Assembly (NCBI RefSeq): GCF_006345805.1
Contig: NC_043021.1
Location: 14,756,001 to 14,820,000 of the forward strand
Length of the DNA stretch: 64,000 nucleotides
From: Octopus sinensis
Taxonomy: Eukaryota
Direction of reading: 5' to 3'
The notes under the pieces are model-generated. The model worked only from the letters and a program-made list of their open reading frames with translations. It ran no database searches and was not told the DNA's origin. A program made the position numbers and the translations under genes. Positions 63,443 through 64,000 of the stretch are shown here, in pieces. Each line of letters opens with the position of its first letter. Positions within the stretch are counted from its first letter, which is position 1.

Positions 63443-63534
63443 ATACATGTGTGCATATGTGCGTATGTAATATGCTCCAATATTGGACTATTTTCTTTAG
63501 TCAATACTGGTGAATGCTTATAATTATTATCATT

Positions 63535-63656
63535 TACAGAATATATATATATATATATATATGCACACATACATAACTGCATGTATGTTTGTGAATGCAT
63601 GTATATATATTATATATATATAATATATATATATATAAACACACACATATATATAA

Positions 63657-63705
<49 letters not shown>

Positions 63706-63867
63706 CATATATATATATACATATAATATATATATATATAACATATATATATACATATATATATATACATATATATACATAATATGTATACATATATGTA
63801 TACATATATATATATACATGTATGTAATATATGCACACATACATAACTGCATGTATGTTTTGAATGC

Positions 63868-63911
<44 letters not shown>

Positions 63912-63927
63912 ACACACATATATAGAA

Positions 63928-63978
<51 letters not shown>

Positions 63979-63995
63979 CATATATATATATACAT
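63535..63995. repeat. (TA)/(CA) array containing a tandem duplication of about 270 bp
   Basis: GCACACATACATAACTGCATGTATGTTT..GAATGCATG at about 63563 and again at about 63833. Confidence 0.9.
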
Positions 63996-64000
63996 TATAT

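Noticed and set aside
1-64000. CRISPR arrays, rRNA genes or prokaryotic/viral gene clusters
   Set aside because: No regularly spaced repeat-spacer arrays, rRNA signatures or gene-dense tracts; the sequence is eukaryotic repeat DNA throughout.

Overview
Repeat-dense, AT-rich animal genomic DNA. The SINE families, (TA)/(CA)/(CAT)/(AGT) microsatellite load and DNA-transposon ends match my recollection of Octopus (coleoid cephalopod) genomes; this is recognition, not a database result. No host protein-coding gene can be recognised, so the window is intergenic or inside a very large intron. Nearly all supplied ORFs are microsatellite read-throughs or SINE translations. Supported content: dozens of tRNA-derived SINEs (three head/core families with swappable tails); a fold-back repeat family; decayed LINE ORF2 pieces (CR1, RTE, R4/Dong-like, Jockey/I-like RT); a Helitron PIF1-helicase pseudogene; a clean non-autonomous Helitron; an internally deleted Tc1 element with both TIRs; mariner, piggyBac-type and hAT-type MITEs; and one 100-N gap. 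Most interesting: (1) five minimal type-I hammerhead-ribozyme-like motifs in Penelope-type terminal repeats, mostly lying next to (TA)n/(CA)n tracts, with covarying palindromic stem III and core variants, including a G3-C8 swap; (2) a consensus-like recursive splice site (polypyrimidine-CAG|GTAAGT) with a stop-containing RS-exon on the minus strand; (3) long fold-back palindromes that would be dsRNA/ADAR substrates. SINE, LINE and microsatellite boundaries are approximate (about +/-10-20 bp). TIR, TSD, ribozyme and splice-site coordinates were counted by hand.
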